Shown: positions 51,466 to 64,000 of the stretch, piece by piece
Layout: every line of letters begins with the position of its first letter
Numbering within the stretch: the first letter of the stretch is position 1
Assembly (NCBI GenBank): GCA_009103225.1
Contig: RHPI01001715.1
Location: forward strand, 834,011-898,010
Reading direction: 5' to 3'
DNA length: 64,000 nt
Source of the DNA: Chlorokybus atmophyticus
Taxonomy: Eukaryota > Plantae > Mesostigma and Chlorokybus algae
Made by a program: the position numbers and the translations under genes
The notes under the pieces: model-generated
What the model was told of the DNA's origin: nothing
The model's database searches: none
What the model saw: only the letters and a program-made list of their open reading frames with translations

Positions 51466-53812
51466 CTACTTGTGCAGGATGCCACCTCCCAGTGCACCAA
51501 ACTTCTGCTGCGTCTTCTTCTGCTTATCCTCCCACTTTTTCTGATGGAAGCGAATACACAGCACAAAAAGAACACGTAGTGAGAGATGCACGCGTGCCAA
51601 CAGATGTAGATGAGGGCATCGATGTTGGAAAGGTGTCCTGCATGCGTGCGTGTGTACCTTTTTCTGCTCTTTGGTTGTGTCCGTCCGCTCCTGCCATGTG
51701 CTCGTGCGCAGCTGCACCGGCCGGTTCCCAACATATTTTCCTGCAACACGCATTGCTAATGTTGGGTTCCCATCTCAATCAAGGCAAAACCAAGAGAGAG
51801 ATGTTCATCACACCATTCATCTCCTTGATGGCCCTTGCCATGTCCGCCGCGTCGGCAAAACTCACAAAGCCGTAGCCTTTCGTCTTGTTGGTGCGTTTGT
51901 CCCTGACAACCTGAGCCGACAACAACAACAGCAGTTTCAACATGTCAACATACTCTGGCGTCAACAAGAGCGTGGGAGCGCGCTAGCAAGGACACAACTG
52001 CATACAAGACACACGGTCTTGCCATACCTTGGCCTTGTTGAAAGCGCTGAACTTCATGAATGCCTTGGTCAGAACGTCGTCATTGACCTCGTTGCCTAAA
52101 TTACCGCAAAACAACCTGAAGTCATCTGCACAAGACAACAATCCACAATCAATCAAACAAAAGCCCACAATCGCAACCAGAGTCAGACGACCCACAAGGT
52201 TTGTAACATACACTCACACATGCACACACATACACGCTCACGCTCGCACGCATGTACGCAAAACAACAACAACACCCAACACATCATGCTTACTTTCTGG
52301 CCATTCCAGCAGTGTCGCGTCCTCCCATTTCTGTCCAGCAGCCTCCCGTGCGAGCGCCTTGGGTTTCGGCGCTTTGGGCGCTTTGGTCCCGTCAGCCAGC
52401 AGCGGCTGCCTGTTGCTGGGGACAACACCACCTGCCAACGGCTGAGACACGCCACCCGGGCCCTGCGCAGGGCTTTGATACCTGTTTGGTGCCTGACACA
52501 AACACACGCATTGGGGTCACGTACGGTCATACTGTAGCGAGTTGTGTTGAGTTGGAACTCCAAAGCAACATGCTGCTGGGACGTAAAGTTATCAGTCTCA
52601 CCTGCTGCATCTGTGAGGGATACGACGGATACTGTTGCTGCGCACCTGTCTGCAGACAAACCCCACATTTGCCCACCACCCATCACACACCCCACATTTA
52701 CACAACCACAACTTACAATAACACCATGCTCACTCACCTGTGCTGCTCTCTGTGGTATTGAGAACGATACAAACTGTGGTGGTGGCGGCGGCGGTGGCGC
52801 GTAGCTGGTGGGGTGGTAGGACGCCATCGACGGCGGGGGAGGGGGAGGGGGAGGAAGAGGGTAGGAGGAGTAGGATGTGGCTGGAGGTGGGAGCATGTGC
52901 CTGCGTGAGGAGAACCAGAATGGACAGTCAGTGTGAGAGTTGCTGTACTGTTCCTAGCAGAGTTAATGGGCGCTGGCGTCCACACGAGCACATGCAGACA
53001 CCATTGCAGATGCACGAGAGGACGTGCACGAGCAAGAGCATGCACATAGGCACCCACACACGCGTGTATGCACGCGCCGTTGCACGCCGACACCCCATGC
53101 ACGTAGGCGCGTAGGCGCGCCCGCACGCGCGCGCATGCGTGGAATGGGTGGATGTGCAGGGGTTGTGTGCGCGTCACTGTGCGTGCGATCTGCAATAGAC
53201 ATGCAATGGACGCATATACAACCTGTTGACTACGTACCCTGATGTGCCTGCTAGTGGAGGAGGTGGTGGTGGAGGCATGGACATCGCAGATGACGACGGT
53301 GGTGCGCCAGCATATGCGTCGAACGCGCCGCTGCTACCCGCCATATACCCATGCGGTGCAGCGCTCTGCACACGCATAGCACCGCGTTCACAACTGCATT
53401 GTCAAGCACATGATGCAGGATGTTACAGTGATGATGTCGAGGATGTATTAGTGTGCTAAAGCAGAGGGGTGGGTGATCAGCATTAGACGACAACTTGAGA
53501 CATGGATGCATAGATGGATGAATTGTTGGTTGAAGCATGCATGAGTGGGTGAATGTAGCATTGGATGCAACAAGTCCTATCCATTGACATATGACAGAGA
53601 TCATGAGTCAACAATGTGATTGCGTTGAGTACCCCACACACACACTCTCCTCTCCTCTCCTCTCCTCTGTTCACCTTGTCTGGCGCAGAATGAAACCCAA
53701 CATGCCCGTTGCTCTGCGGCGGCGGCGCTGTCCCGAACGCGGTGTCGTTGGTTGCGCCCATCTGGGTCATCTCCGCCTCGAACCGCTCCAACTCGCTCAT
53801 CAGGTCACCCAT
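51466..53812 (-). CDS. RBM42: RBM42-like RRM RNA-binding protein with Pro-rich N-terminus
   Basis: REAAGQKWEDATLLEWPENDFRLFCGNLGNEVNDDVLTKAF, VVRDKRTNKTKGYGFVSF, KEMNGKYVGNRPVQLRTSTWQER, terminal ...GGGILHK*. Confidence 0.93.
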
Positions 53813-54749
53813 GTTCGCCGCCGCCGAAGGTCTTGAGCTTGGCTGCTGACGGGAGTGGCGGGGCTGGCTCGTGGTGGGAAGGAGGCTGCTGTGATGATCG
53901 TGATGTTGCTGTTGATGATGGTGGCGGTGGTGGCGGTGGTGTGTGCGCGCAGATCAGGGGGATGCCTTTCACTAATCTGTCTCGCGCTGTTGTCTGGCTG
54001 TTTGATCCAACTGGTCAAGCTCAAAAAACGACACAGACAAAACCTGCCTGCATAGCACAACATAACAGCATTTCAGGTTGAATGCAGCAGAAACGGCAAA
54101 TCAAGCTGACAAGGAAATAAGTCGCAATGGCAAGTACATTGCACATCAGACGAGTAAACACAGACACATACATGCAAATAAAGAAACAAACCAGTGGAGC
54201 TATAAAGAAACAGACCGCATTTAATACAGGTACGTGCTTTCTGTGGGGCAGTCCGCGGCAACAGCAAACTCAACAAGCAAAAATAAAAACAAAGAAGAAA
54301 GGCGGGTTTTTGTAGTGCTGCATTTCGCGTTGCCCCGAGCAAACCATGGCGGACGGTCAAGAAGAAATGTTGTTATGCCTCATCCCCCGCAATGAGAAAA
54401 TTGAACACACCGAGCACATCACAACAACAACAAGGCGAGCAAACAGCAGCTCAGCAGCCAGCAGCATATCACTGACTCTGTTGCTCTCTGTGCGCAGCAG
54501 GTCAAAGCAAGAGGCTACCGCTTGCCTCCTCTAGCCTGGCCACGCTCACACAGAACCACGGCTACACCTCCTCCTCGTCCTTTTCCTCCTCCTGCTCCGC
54601 CACCGCCACCGCCACCGCCGCCTGCGATACGCAGCGTAATTACACGGCGTATTTCGAGACACGACCAAAGGCTGAGGTCCGGCGGCGGCGGCGGTGGCGG
54701 CGGCGAAGGAGGAGCAGGACGAGGAGGACGCGTAGGAGGCTGGGCGGCT

Positions 54750-57136
54750 ATGGCTGCATTGTCGGTACCGTCGTCGTCGTCAGCGACGTCGGTAGCAGGG
54801 GGGCTGACGGCTGCGGCTAGGGGGAAGCTGCTATATGCTCCGCTACCGCCCAGGCCGGCCCGGGCTGCTGCTCCGAGGGCTGCGGCCGGGGATGCCGCCG
54901 TGCTTGCCAGCAGCTTCGGGCTGAAGCACCAGCTCGGCTCTGTGGAGGCGAAGCAACAGAGGCATGCGGCTTGCGGCGCCAGGCTTGGAGGGAGTTCCAA
55001 CTCTGCTTGCACTCCAGGCAAGCGTGATGTTTGGCCTCTCCACTTGCAAGTTGGTGTTGAGCTGCCAAGTGTATTTGCGCAATGCTGCCAAGTGTTGTGA
55101 CCACACCTACGCGCATTGTCTTATTCCATCATCAATGAATGTCCACGCGTGTTAAGGAGGCCGCGTTCTGTACCTAACGAGTGTACTCAGCAAGCGTTGT
55201 CTTGCAGATCGGTCGGCATGCGCTGCGCTGCGTGCTCGACTCAGAGACACCGAAGCCGAGCCATCAACAGCAACATCCCAACGCACAGTAGAAGAAGAAG
55301 ATGAGGAGGAAGCGGAAGACATCGACTTTGAAGACATGGAAGTTGATGAGGAGGAGGTTGATGAGGAGGACGCGGTGGCGGTGGTGGAGGACGCGGCAGG
55401 CGTGCAGTGGGTGGAGGTGGGGACCGTCGTGTCCACGCACGGGCTGCGCGGGGAGCTGCGAGTGCGAGGTTCCACCGACTTCCCGGAGGAGCGATTCCAG
55501 CAGGTGGATATGTTGTCGATAGTTGTTACACAAGCACATGCGCACATACACACATATGCATTTATGCAAACTGTACGCACACGCACACGCACACATGCAA
55601 GTGTATAATGCACGCACGTGCATGCGCGCACTTGCATGCACACGTACACGCGCGCATGTATGCTCTCCTTGCTGCTTGTTCTTGCAACAGCACTTTGTCT
55701 CAAACGTGCACGCATTCCAACCCTCACAACACCAGCCATCCACTCTCCCTCTCTCACATGCTGTTGTGCGCCAGCCAGGCGTGAAGTGGTTGCGGGCCCC
55801 GCGGGTCGGCCGCTACGAACCTGAGGTGACTGTGTGACTACATTGCTGTCATGTTGTGACCACACGCACGCACGCACTCACTTGGTAGTGTTGGTGTACA
55901 CACGTAGGTGTTGGAGGTGCAGCTGGTGAAGGGGCGATACACCACCGCGGGCAAGTGGCCCGGTTGGCTGGTCAAGTTCAGCGGCATCAACACACCTGAA
56001 CAGGCGAGTGTTACACATACGCACGTACATGCACGCACGCACGCGCTCACGCACGCACTTGCTGCCAATGGATTCTCTATGTCAATGTGGCAACATGGAA
56101 TGAAGAGTGTGCGTGTGTGTAGGCCGTGGAGCTTGTTGGTCACACGATGGTGATACCCGCGGACGAGCGACCGCCTCTGGACGACGAGGACGAGTTCTAC
56201 GTGCAGGACCTCGTCGGCCTCGCCGTCTACAAACAGGTGCGTTTAGCAGGCAACATCAACACACATGCGCTGTGTGTCAAAAAAGCTGGTTGGTGTCTCC
56301 AAGCGTCGAAGTACGCCCTTGTTGCATTGCCTTTGAATTGGGTAGCTTCACACGCTCTTGGCTACACGCACACGCACACACACACACACACACACACGTG
56401 GGTGGGCGTGCGCGCATGCGCTCTTGCGCGCACATCCACGCACACCACAAGTCCACGGCAGCTGTGCAGAGGTTGTGCGAGTAGTCAACACTCATCTCAT
56501 CTCAATAGTGTTCAATTTTGCTGAACATATCATCTCATCAATCCAGGCGGACGGTGAGCACATCGGTGAGGTTGTGGACATCTACGCCTCCGGCGCCAAC
56601 GACCTCCTGAAGGTGAAGCTGGTCGCCGGCGTCGGGGGGGCGTACGCGTGGGTGCCATTCGTCAAGGAGATCGTTCCCGTCGTCAATAGGGACAGCAGAC
56701 GGATGGAGATAAACCCACCGGCGGGACTCCTGGAGCTCGCCATTAAGGTGTGTGGGTGTGGGTATGGGTGTGGGTGCGTGGGTGGGTGGGTACGTGGGTG
56801 CAAGCTCGCTTGCGTGTGGGTGCCGGCATGTGTGTGTGCATGCAGGCGTTTTCACGCGTGTGCATATGTGCATGCGTGCATGTGGGTGGGTGGGTGGGTG
56901 CGCACGCGTTCATGTGCTGAGAACAACATCCAACCAAGTTGTTGCCTTTTTTGTTTCTCTTCCCCTTGCAGAAGAATGCGAAGGATGATGGCAGCAAGCC
57001 CGCCAGCCGCAAGCCGCGCAAGAGGCTGAGCAGAAGAGACGACGTGCGCAACTTGAAGGCCAGGCAGCAGCAGATGGCTAACGATGCGGCGGCGGCGGCG
57101 GCGGCTACTGCTGGTGGTGAAGGGGGTGATGCATGA
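54750..57136 (+). CDS. rimM: Plastid-targeted 16S rRNA processing protein RimM (RimM-N + PRC barrel)
   Basis: Ala/Ser-rich transit peptide, acidic stretch, WVEVGTVVSTHGLRGELRVRGSTDFPEERF, DEDEFYVQDLVGL, IGEVVDIYASGANDLLKV, WVPFVKEIVPVV...MEINPPAGLLEL, basic tail; stop at 57136. Confidence 0.93.
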
Positions 57137-58164
57137 TGGTTGCGGGGAATGCAGGGTCAGGGCTAGAGAGCGCAGTTGGGTTGGCAGATTTGAGGGGTTA
57201 TAAGTTGCATTTATTGCAGGTGAGGTTACTACATGGTGGCTGAGATACTTGTGAATGAGTAGTAGTTATTGCCGGTTAGAGAGCACACCGCCTTTGCCTT
57301 GCGTCGTAAACCGAAGTTGCACATGCTGGACACTGCTAGTTGATGTTGGGTGGCAGGTCTTGTTATTATGTTCATTGCTTTGCACATGGTCGGAAGTCAG
57401 TCGCTGACAACAGTACCTGCCACCAGCTTACTGTTCTTGGCTGTGTGCGCGTAGCTGCTGGTGTTGGGCCAACTCCTGGTCACCATGCATTGGTGGTCGC
57501 AAGACAGGCATTAGCCTGTTTGTATAGGCAAGGACAACCTGCATCTGCATTGCCTTGCTTGCACATATTTGGAACCGCCGGATCGGTTGTTCGTGGAAGT
57601 CCGAGTGCTGGTACATGTGCATCTCTGCTGCCACTGCCAGCCGTAACTTGCGCCACACCTCATTGCAACTATGTAACAAGCTGTGCCACGCATGCGCAAA
57701 TGTGCGGATGCAAACACTCCAGCCCGGCCAACCAATATTCAGCAATATCTATTTTGTAAGCCAGACCTCACTGCAAGTAGACGCTGCAGTCACATCACAC
57801 TATCCAAACTTTGTGTAATAGAGCCATGTCGCAACGACGGTAAGCTTACGAGCAATGTGTGACGCATCCAACCGCGCTTTTCAGCAAGGAGTTGTGCACA
57901 ACCACTGACAGAAACAGCTCTTGCCTGAGGGTGTTCTTTTATTGTTCAGTACTGTACATGGCAGTGGTATTTGTAACAACTGCTGTGCACAGTGGCAATA
58001 TGAACACGTGGTAACGCTGATGCATAGCGTCATGGCACACAGTGACCCCATGTTGGCGACTTGGCAGAGCCTACGAAGCGGCAGCTCGAAGTTTTATGAT
58101 TTTATGTACATGTAGGAGCTTACCAACCGCATACGTGGACTCCAGACTGTTGCTGTCTCAGTCA

Positions 58165-60434
58165 CTATTCGTTTGTGACCTTCACTTCCCCACAGAGCAG
58201 CTTCAGCTGCACGACGCAACACATGTCAGATTGGTAAATGCTGTGTGTGGCTCTGTTCCTTGATAACTAGGAGTTTAAGGCCATGTAGCCACTCAGGCGT
58301 AGTGGACCCGACACGCGGGACTCACCATTTTCGTAACAGCCTCATCTCCAAAGAGGCCGACGAATTTCTGCAAAACAACAGAGCCACCTTGTTAAAGAGG
58401 GCAGCAACACACCCGTGCTGCAACAACTAAATTTAGTGTATAACATCCCAGCAACCACGCTCAGTGCACACCATCACAGAAGCCGCTGCTGCTCCCATGC
58501 CAGCAGCGGCATGCAGGACTGTGCATTTCAATCTTATGTGTAGCAGACATGACTTTGACAGGCTGCCAGAACCATGACGAAGTGATCAACAGACTGGGCT
58601 CAACAGACATGTACAGATGCGAGTACAAGGGTGGGGCAGGGTTGATGTATGTGCTGCACCCAACCTTGCCAGAATAATACACACTACCAATGTGACACCA
58701 TACCCCAACGCACCTTTGTTTCGGGATCCACTTTGAAGAACTCCCGCTGCACCCGGTCACGCTGACAAACCTCGTTTGACTCCACCGTCAACGCCTTATT
58801 CGCCTCCCCGCCTGCCTCTGTTTCAACTTCGGCAAGAAATGCCAGGAATGCCCGCGTCATGCGTGTAGCTGCCAAGCGTGCGCGCGCACAACTCTTCGTG
58901 CTTGCTTGAAACTGTCACACACATGCGTCAATCACAGCTGTACTGTTGTGGGCGTGCATATGCTGCCAGCTGCCTACGTGCCTACCAACAACTTGCACTC
59001 AGTGAGCACTGTTGTCTCACACAATCATACAATTACAAAAGGCGTATGCACACGTCAATGCTGCGTGGGTGCTTGCGGTATGCATATCTTCATGAGTCTG
59101 TCTTGCATGCAAGACAGACCCATGCGCATAGAAATAATGCAGTGCGTGTGCAAGCATGCGCTGAGGCAGATTGTCACTACATCCACCAACTTGGTCATTT
59201 CGAACTGCCCTACCGTAAAGCAGAGGGTGCCGGGAGATGTCATAAACGCTCGGCAAATGGCAGCCTTTGAGACAAATGGCTTGAAGGCCTGCGAGTCCTC
59301 AATAAACTCCACCACCAACTCGTTGATGGAGCCCGTGCTGCTGGTGGACTCCGCAGCGGGCCCTACATTTGGCAAAGAGCGCTCGTAGTAGTGCTCTCGA
59401 TAGTCATCGTGCAGGCGCTGCACACAAGTGAGGCATCACCGGCTGGACACCAAACGTGTACATCAAGCATAATTGAGTGATTGGTGTGCAGGCGCTTACT
59501 AGATCTGCTCTTGGGGGGAGGTCGAAATATATAAGAATGGACCCTGGCAGCACGGCGATTTCTAGCTGGAGGTGAGGCGGAGCAGGGACTGGTGATGATG
59601 ACTGGGAAGGAGACTTGAGCCATGCGTCCAAACGCATGAGACCGAAACCCATCGCGCCGTTCCAAAAACTTGTTGTGGTCAGCCTGCTTACCCCACCGAT
59701 CAGGTACTGCTAAAGAGCATGCTAATGACACCAACTGCTTTCCACATCGTTGCAAGCACTTGGGCGAGCAATGCACTGCCTCTGACCCAACAAACATGTA
59801 CGCATGCACGGTTGCAGACACATGTGCGTGGCACGTGTGCTTGAGGTTTGACAACAGCAACCAAGCCGCATGAAGTTGTAAGCATACTTTGCATTGCTCA
59901 CCAGTCAATGGGGCCCCCTCTGTATGTCCAGATGTCACCCTGAAAGCTGCCGTCCAGACTGGCAAAGTGCGCCTGGTTGACCTGGCCAGCCGCGCCACTG
60001 CTCTGCTCTATGCTGTATTCTGTTCGCAGAGGGAGAGCGCCTGTGGCCTCCAGGATGAGAGGTTTGATCTCGGTATCCAACAAAGCCCAAAACTCCTGAA
60101 AGGTGTCGTGGGGCGTCGCCGCCTGCTCCTCATCCTGATGCTTGTCCTGTTCCTGCTGCACACCAGTGGACGACATTGCCCTCACCACCAACGTCAATGG
60201 CCTGGACGAGACTGCAACCCTTGCCGGAGACCCTCTCAGCGACACCAGCTTCCTCGCAGACAACACCGACGTTGACGACAACAAAGGCCGTCCAGGAGAT
60301 GAAGCCACGCAACGCCTAGCAGAAGAGAGCTTTCCACGCGTAGGCGACACCGCCTGGGCACACACCACAGGTGTCAGCCTCCCCACCGACGATGCCGCCC
60401 CCGCCGCCGCCCCCGCCGCCATGCACAGCCGCAT
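58165..60434 (-). CDS. Red chlorophyll catabolite reductase (RCCR)-family / ferredoxin-dependent bilin reductase-fold protein with plastid transit peptide
   Basis: ~85-aa Ser/Arg/Ala-rich transit peptide, GDIWTYRGGPIDWLTTTSFW, PHLQLEIAVLPGSILIYFDLPPRADL, DDYREHYY, FKPFVSKAAICRAFMTSPGTLCF, RDRVQREFFKVDPETKKFVGLFGDEAVTKM. Confidence 0.8.
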
Positions 60435-61035
60435 TGCACCGTTAAGCCACTGAACACCGGTCGGTCAGCAGCATGTTGTCAGTCCGTAGCGCCTGCGTTA
60501 GGACGCTTAACCATGGCAAGTCCATTCATAACTTACGAATGCTGAGAATTGCAACTTACGACTCGCATTGTTCTGCAAGTCCGGAAGACTGTGTGCTTGT
60601 GTTAAGTCCTCCCGTTAAGGCCTCTTTTCCGACGTGGACTCGGCTTAGCAGCTGACGTGGATATGATGGCCGTCAGCCTGAAGGCCAATGCCTACCTGAA
60701 ATTGTTTTCAGGCAAGACCGCCAGGTGGCATAGATTGACATTAACCAAGTGACCTGTGTATCGACCGTCGACAAAGGCGCTATGCTGATTTCGTCGGCGT
60801 TTCAGTGCGGCGTGTTGTGGGAAAGTACTTGCGGGTGTGACACGTGCACGGCGGGCGGCGGTGGTGGTGGGCGCGGGGAGGGTGCGTTGTGGAGGTGGTG
60901 GGTGTATGGTAGCTTGTCTGGTGTGCTTGAGACCGAGCAGCGAGGAGGGCGTGCGGTCGAGTCCCGCTGGTTGCTGTTGTTGAGAGGCACGTACTCCTTT
61001 CCAGCGGCGTGGCGAGGGCCAAGCCTGCCGCCGCC
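60435..61035. promoter_or_regulatory. Probable bidirectional promoter region, RCCR-like / PH1
   Basis: About 600 bp between divergent start codons; contains GCTGACGTGG at 60651-60660. Confidence 0.5.
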
Positions 61036-62189
61036 ATGGCGTTCTTGTTTAAGCAGCAGTTTGATGGCGGCGGCAGAGATACGGTGAGCACGCCTGCACA
61101 ATGTTGCTGTCTGTGGATTGTGCACTTGCTGAGTGCTTGTGCAAACTCACCCCTGTCGAATGGGTTGTGTCCGACGCAATCCTCAAGCAATTAGGGTTTT
61201 GTGTGTGTCCACAAGTTTGCATGCTCGCCAAGAAATCCTTTGGATGAATGCTAGTTAGCGTTGACAAGCGACTGTCCGCTTTCTGGTGCATGCAAAGCGC
61301 TGATTATGTACGCATGCCAAGAACTGGCAGCCTCATTTTTTGGTCCAATGAGTGGCAGCATTTGCATGTTGCATTCTATTCCTCATGTCTCGTCTAGTGG
61401 GTATGTTCTGCAAATGACACCGTCTTTGTTCCATCCATCACTATTAGTTACAGTAAACTGCGAGCATCATATTTTCTGCAGGGAAATGTAGAGTTCTGGC
61501 ACCATCCAGAGCGTTCGGGATGGCTCATGAAGCAAGGTTGGTGCTTTGTTGCTGCTGCACATTACGTAAGCACACATGCATGATGAGAATACAGATTTGC
61601 TGCGCATTCCCAGCCAAGCCAATCACATTGTTGCTCTCCCACTCTGCATGCTATGTACCATGTAATGACATGCTGCAGGTTTGGATTGCACCCCCCCCTC
61701 CGACTCTGTGCATACATTGCAGGCGAGTACATTAAAACGTGGCGCAGGCGTTGGTTTGTTTTGAAGGAAGGCAGGATTTTCTGGTTCAAGGAAAACACCG
61801 TGACTTCGGTATGCATTCATGGTTTATGGATTGTCATGATGGTGGTGGCCTGTCTAATAACTATGCTGCCAGATGTCAAAGCCTCGCGGTGTCATCCAAG
61901 TGGATCGGTGCGTGTCGGTGAAGGGTGCTGAAGACGCCATTAATATGCCCAATGCATTTGAGATCTCCACGCATGACAGCACGAGACCCATGTACTTCAT
62001 TGCGGATACGGACAAGGTATTCCTACTTCTGTGTTGAGCTGCAATGTTGGTGATGCAGTTGAGCGAGCATTGACAGGTGTGAGCATGTATTCACTATGGC
62101 AGGAAAAAGAGGAATGGATCAACGCGGTTGGGCGTGCCATTGTACGTCATTCCAACAGCTTGACAGAGAAAGAAATTGTCGACTACTGA
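61036..62189 (+). CDS. PH1: Small single pleckstrin-homology domain protein (AtPH1-like)
   Basis: VEFWHHPERSGWLMKQGEYIKTWRRRWFVLKEGRIFWFK, PRGVIQVDRCVSVKGAEDAINMPNAFEIST, YFIADTDKEKEEWINAVGRAIVRHSNS...DY*. Confidence 0.92.
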
Positions 62190-63111
62190 GCTGCATTGAG
62201 CCTGCAGTAGCTGGTTGGTAGATGGCTTGATAGAGGGGTGTGTACAGGCATTGGTGTTAACTATCTGTGCAGTAGCAGTTATGGTATCCGTGGCGGTCTT
62301 GGGGCCACTTGTAGGTTAGAATAGTACAGCTTGCTGTTTCACTGGTGCTGTCATCTTACAGTTGTATGCTACCATCGTGTCCGTCGGTGTACAGGATATG
62401 CGCGCGGTATTGTGTGGTCAGCAACAACAGCAACAGTAACGGCATGGCAATCACTGAGGAGGTGCCGGTCACACCTCCTCGTGATTGCCTTGCAGCTACT
62501 GTCGCAGGTGGCGTTGTAATGAGTGGCGGCTGGCTGCAGATACATACGAATATATATGCGTGCAGTGCAGGGCGCATGCATTTTACATGCAAACAGTGTG
62601 ATTACCATACAGCACGCAGGCCGATATCATCATCAGCATTTTTACCACCGGGCTTTTCTACTCAACTCAAACTACCATTGACACTAACCACTACCCCGTC
62701 AGATATGCAAAGCATCCATGCAACCATTACACCCCTCCTCCCTTCTCTCTCTCCCTCCCCACGCCTCTCCCCTCTTTTGCCTCCCCACGCCTCCTCTCTT
62801 CTTCTCCTCCTCTCAAGCATGGGGTATAGGAAAACCTGCAACAAGCATGCATGATGCTGTGTGCTTCACACCATGCATGCGCTAATTACAGCATACCCTC
62901 TTCTGTACACCCCCAACTCTGCTCTCAGTTGAATACCAGCGCGAGCTGCACTGTGAAACGGCCCTGCCAGAGGTGGCTTCGTGGAGCACATTGCAGTCAT
63001 AGTCACACACAGAGTATGCCAAGCGCATACCATGCAACATCATGTTGCATTAACATGGCAAACCTGCTATTCTATCTGTCTGCAACAATTTGGTGATCTA
63101 GACCCAACTAG

Positions 63112-64000
63112 TCATGTTAGCAACGACCGCAATGCTGCGACCGTATCCCCTTTATGTTCCCTTAGCGTGCGCTCTGCAACCTTCTTATCCAACTGCACGT
63201 GACAGTAGCAGTCATACAGCGCAATGACAATTACCGCAAACAGTGAGCCACGCAGCGTTGAATAAGCCCTGATATATGCACTGTACCTCCATCTCAGTCG
63301 CTATCAAGTCAACATCCGCTTGGTTGATCTTCACAGCAGCAAGCTCTTTCTCTCTGCATCCCAGCAATGTGTGCATTATAAGCGGCACAGCATTCTTACA
63401 GTGAAAAACATGCCTTACGGCAAAGCAATCCCACGGAGGTCCATTCACTCAAAGTTGCGGGTCCGCAATGCTTCACATGCAACTGCTACTTGCACAATGG
63501 GACTGTGCCTTGTACCTTAACAGCTGTGCTTGACGACTCGCTTCATCCTTCGCACTCAACATTTGCATTGCCTGCATTGCCAACAACCACCACATGTTAG
63601 TGATGCTGCGCAGATGCACATGTACACGTGTAATTGCTCTGGTTTGGCTGCTTTCAGGCACACAAATGAGATGCAAGTGTTTCCCCGACTGTGGCAAACC
63701 AGCTTGGCAGCTGGCCAACCAGACAGTGTGCTGCTTGCATGCACAAACTGCTGTTTGAACCAACTCGTACACATAGACCAGTGCAGGCTGTGACACGCAT
63801 TACCGTCGCCAGTGCACGCACAAGTGAAAGTCACAACTTGAGACACTTGCAATCCTCAACGTTGCGTACACAGCACAATGCATGCATGCTACTCTTGGCA
63901 GCACGCTTGACAACAGCAAGCAACATAGCCAACAAGCATGTGTCTTGCAGTGTATGTTATTCCACACAACTCCTGTGTGCAACAACAGTAGAAGAGATTA
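63112..64000 (-). CDS. HYPK: Huntingtin-interacting protein K (NatA-associated chaperone), 3' part; 5' exons outside the window
   Basis: Exons AMQMLSAKDEASRQAQLLR / EKELAAVKINQADVDLIATEME / LDKKVAERTLREHKGDTVAALRSLLT*. Confidence 0.9.

Noticed and set aside
61192-61199. Telo-box TAGGGTTT in PH1 intron 1, and degenerate telomere-like motifs near 11344 and 47686
   Set aside because: Single short matches are expected by chance; there is no array.

Overview
Eukaryotic, intron-rich genomic DNA from the green-plant lineage. A streptophyte or other green alga is my inference, from GC-rich first exons, short CA/TG-rich introns, plant-type orthologues and a non-flowering-plant-type phenylalanine hydroxylase. 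Most ORF-track entries are artefacts of introns, microsatellites and N-gaps, so genes were rebuilt by hand from exon fragments and GT/GC-AG junctions; CDS coordinates span first to last coding base and include introns. Left to right: 5' end of a degenerate Ty3/gypsy-like LTR retrotransposon (LTR, PBS, broken gag); a TA-rich microsatellite; Gfo/Idh/MocA oxidoreductase (+); METTL21-type methyltransferase (-) head-to-head with AHA1 (+); a repeat/TE-remnant block; two convergent paralogues with an N-terminal START/helix-grip-like domain and a conserved C-terminal domain I do not recognise; plastid-type PAH (+); F-box/JmjC/APH-kinase protein (-); DUF1206 membrane protein (+); F-box protein (-); RBM42 (-); plastid RimM (+); RCCR-family reductase (-); PH1-like protein (+); 3' part of HYPK (-). 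Six assembly gaps, mostly bounded by poly-G/C. The best novelty candidate is the START-like paralogue pair, with its conserved orphan C-domain and conserved linker motifs. No CRISPR array, rRNA or tRNA gene was seen.
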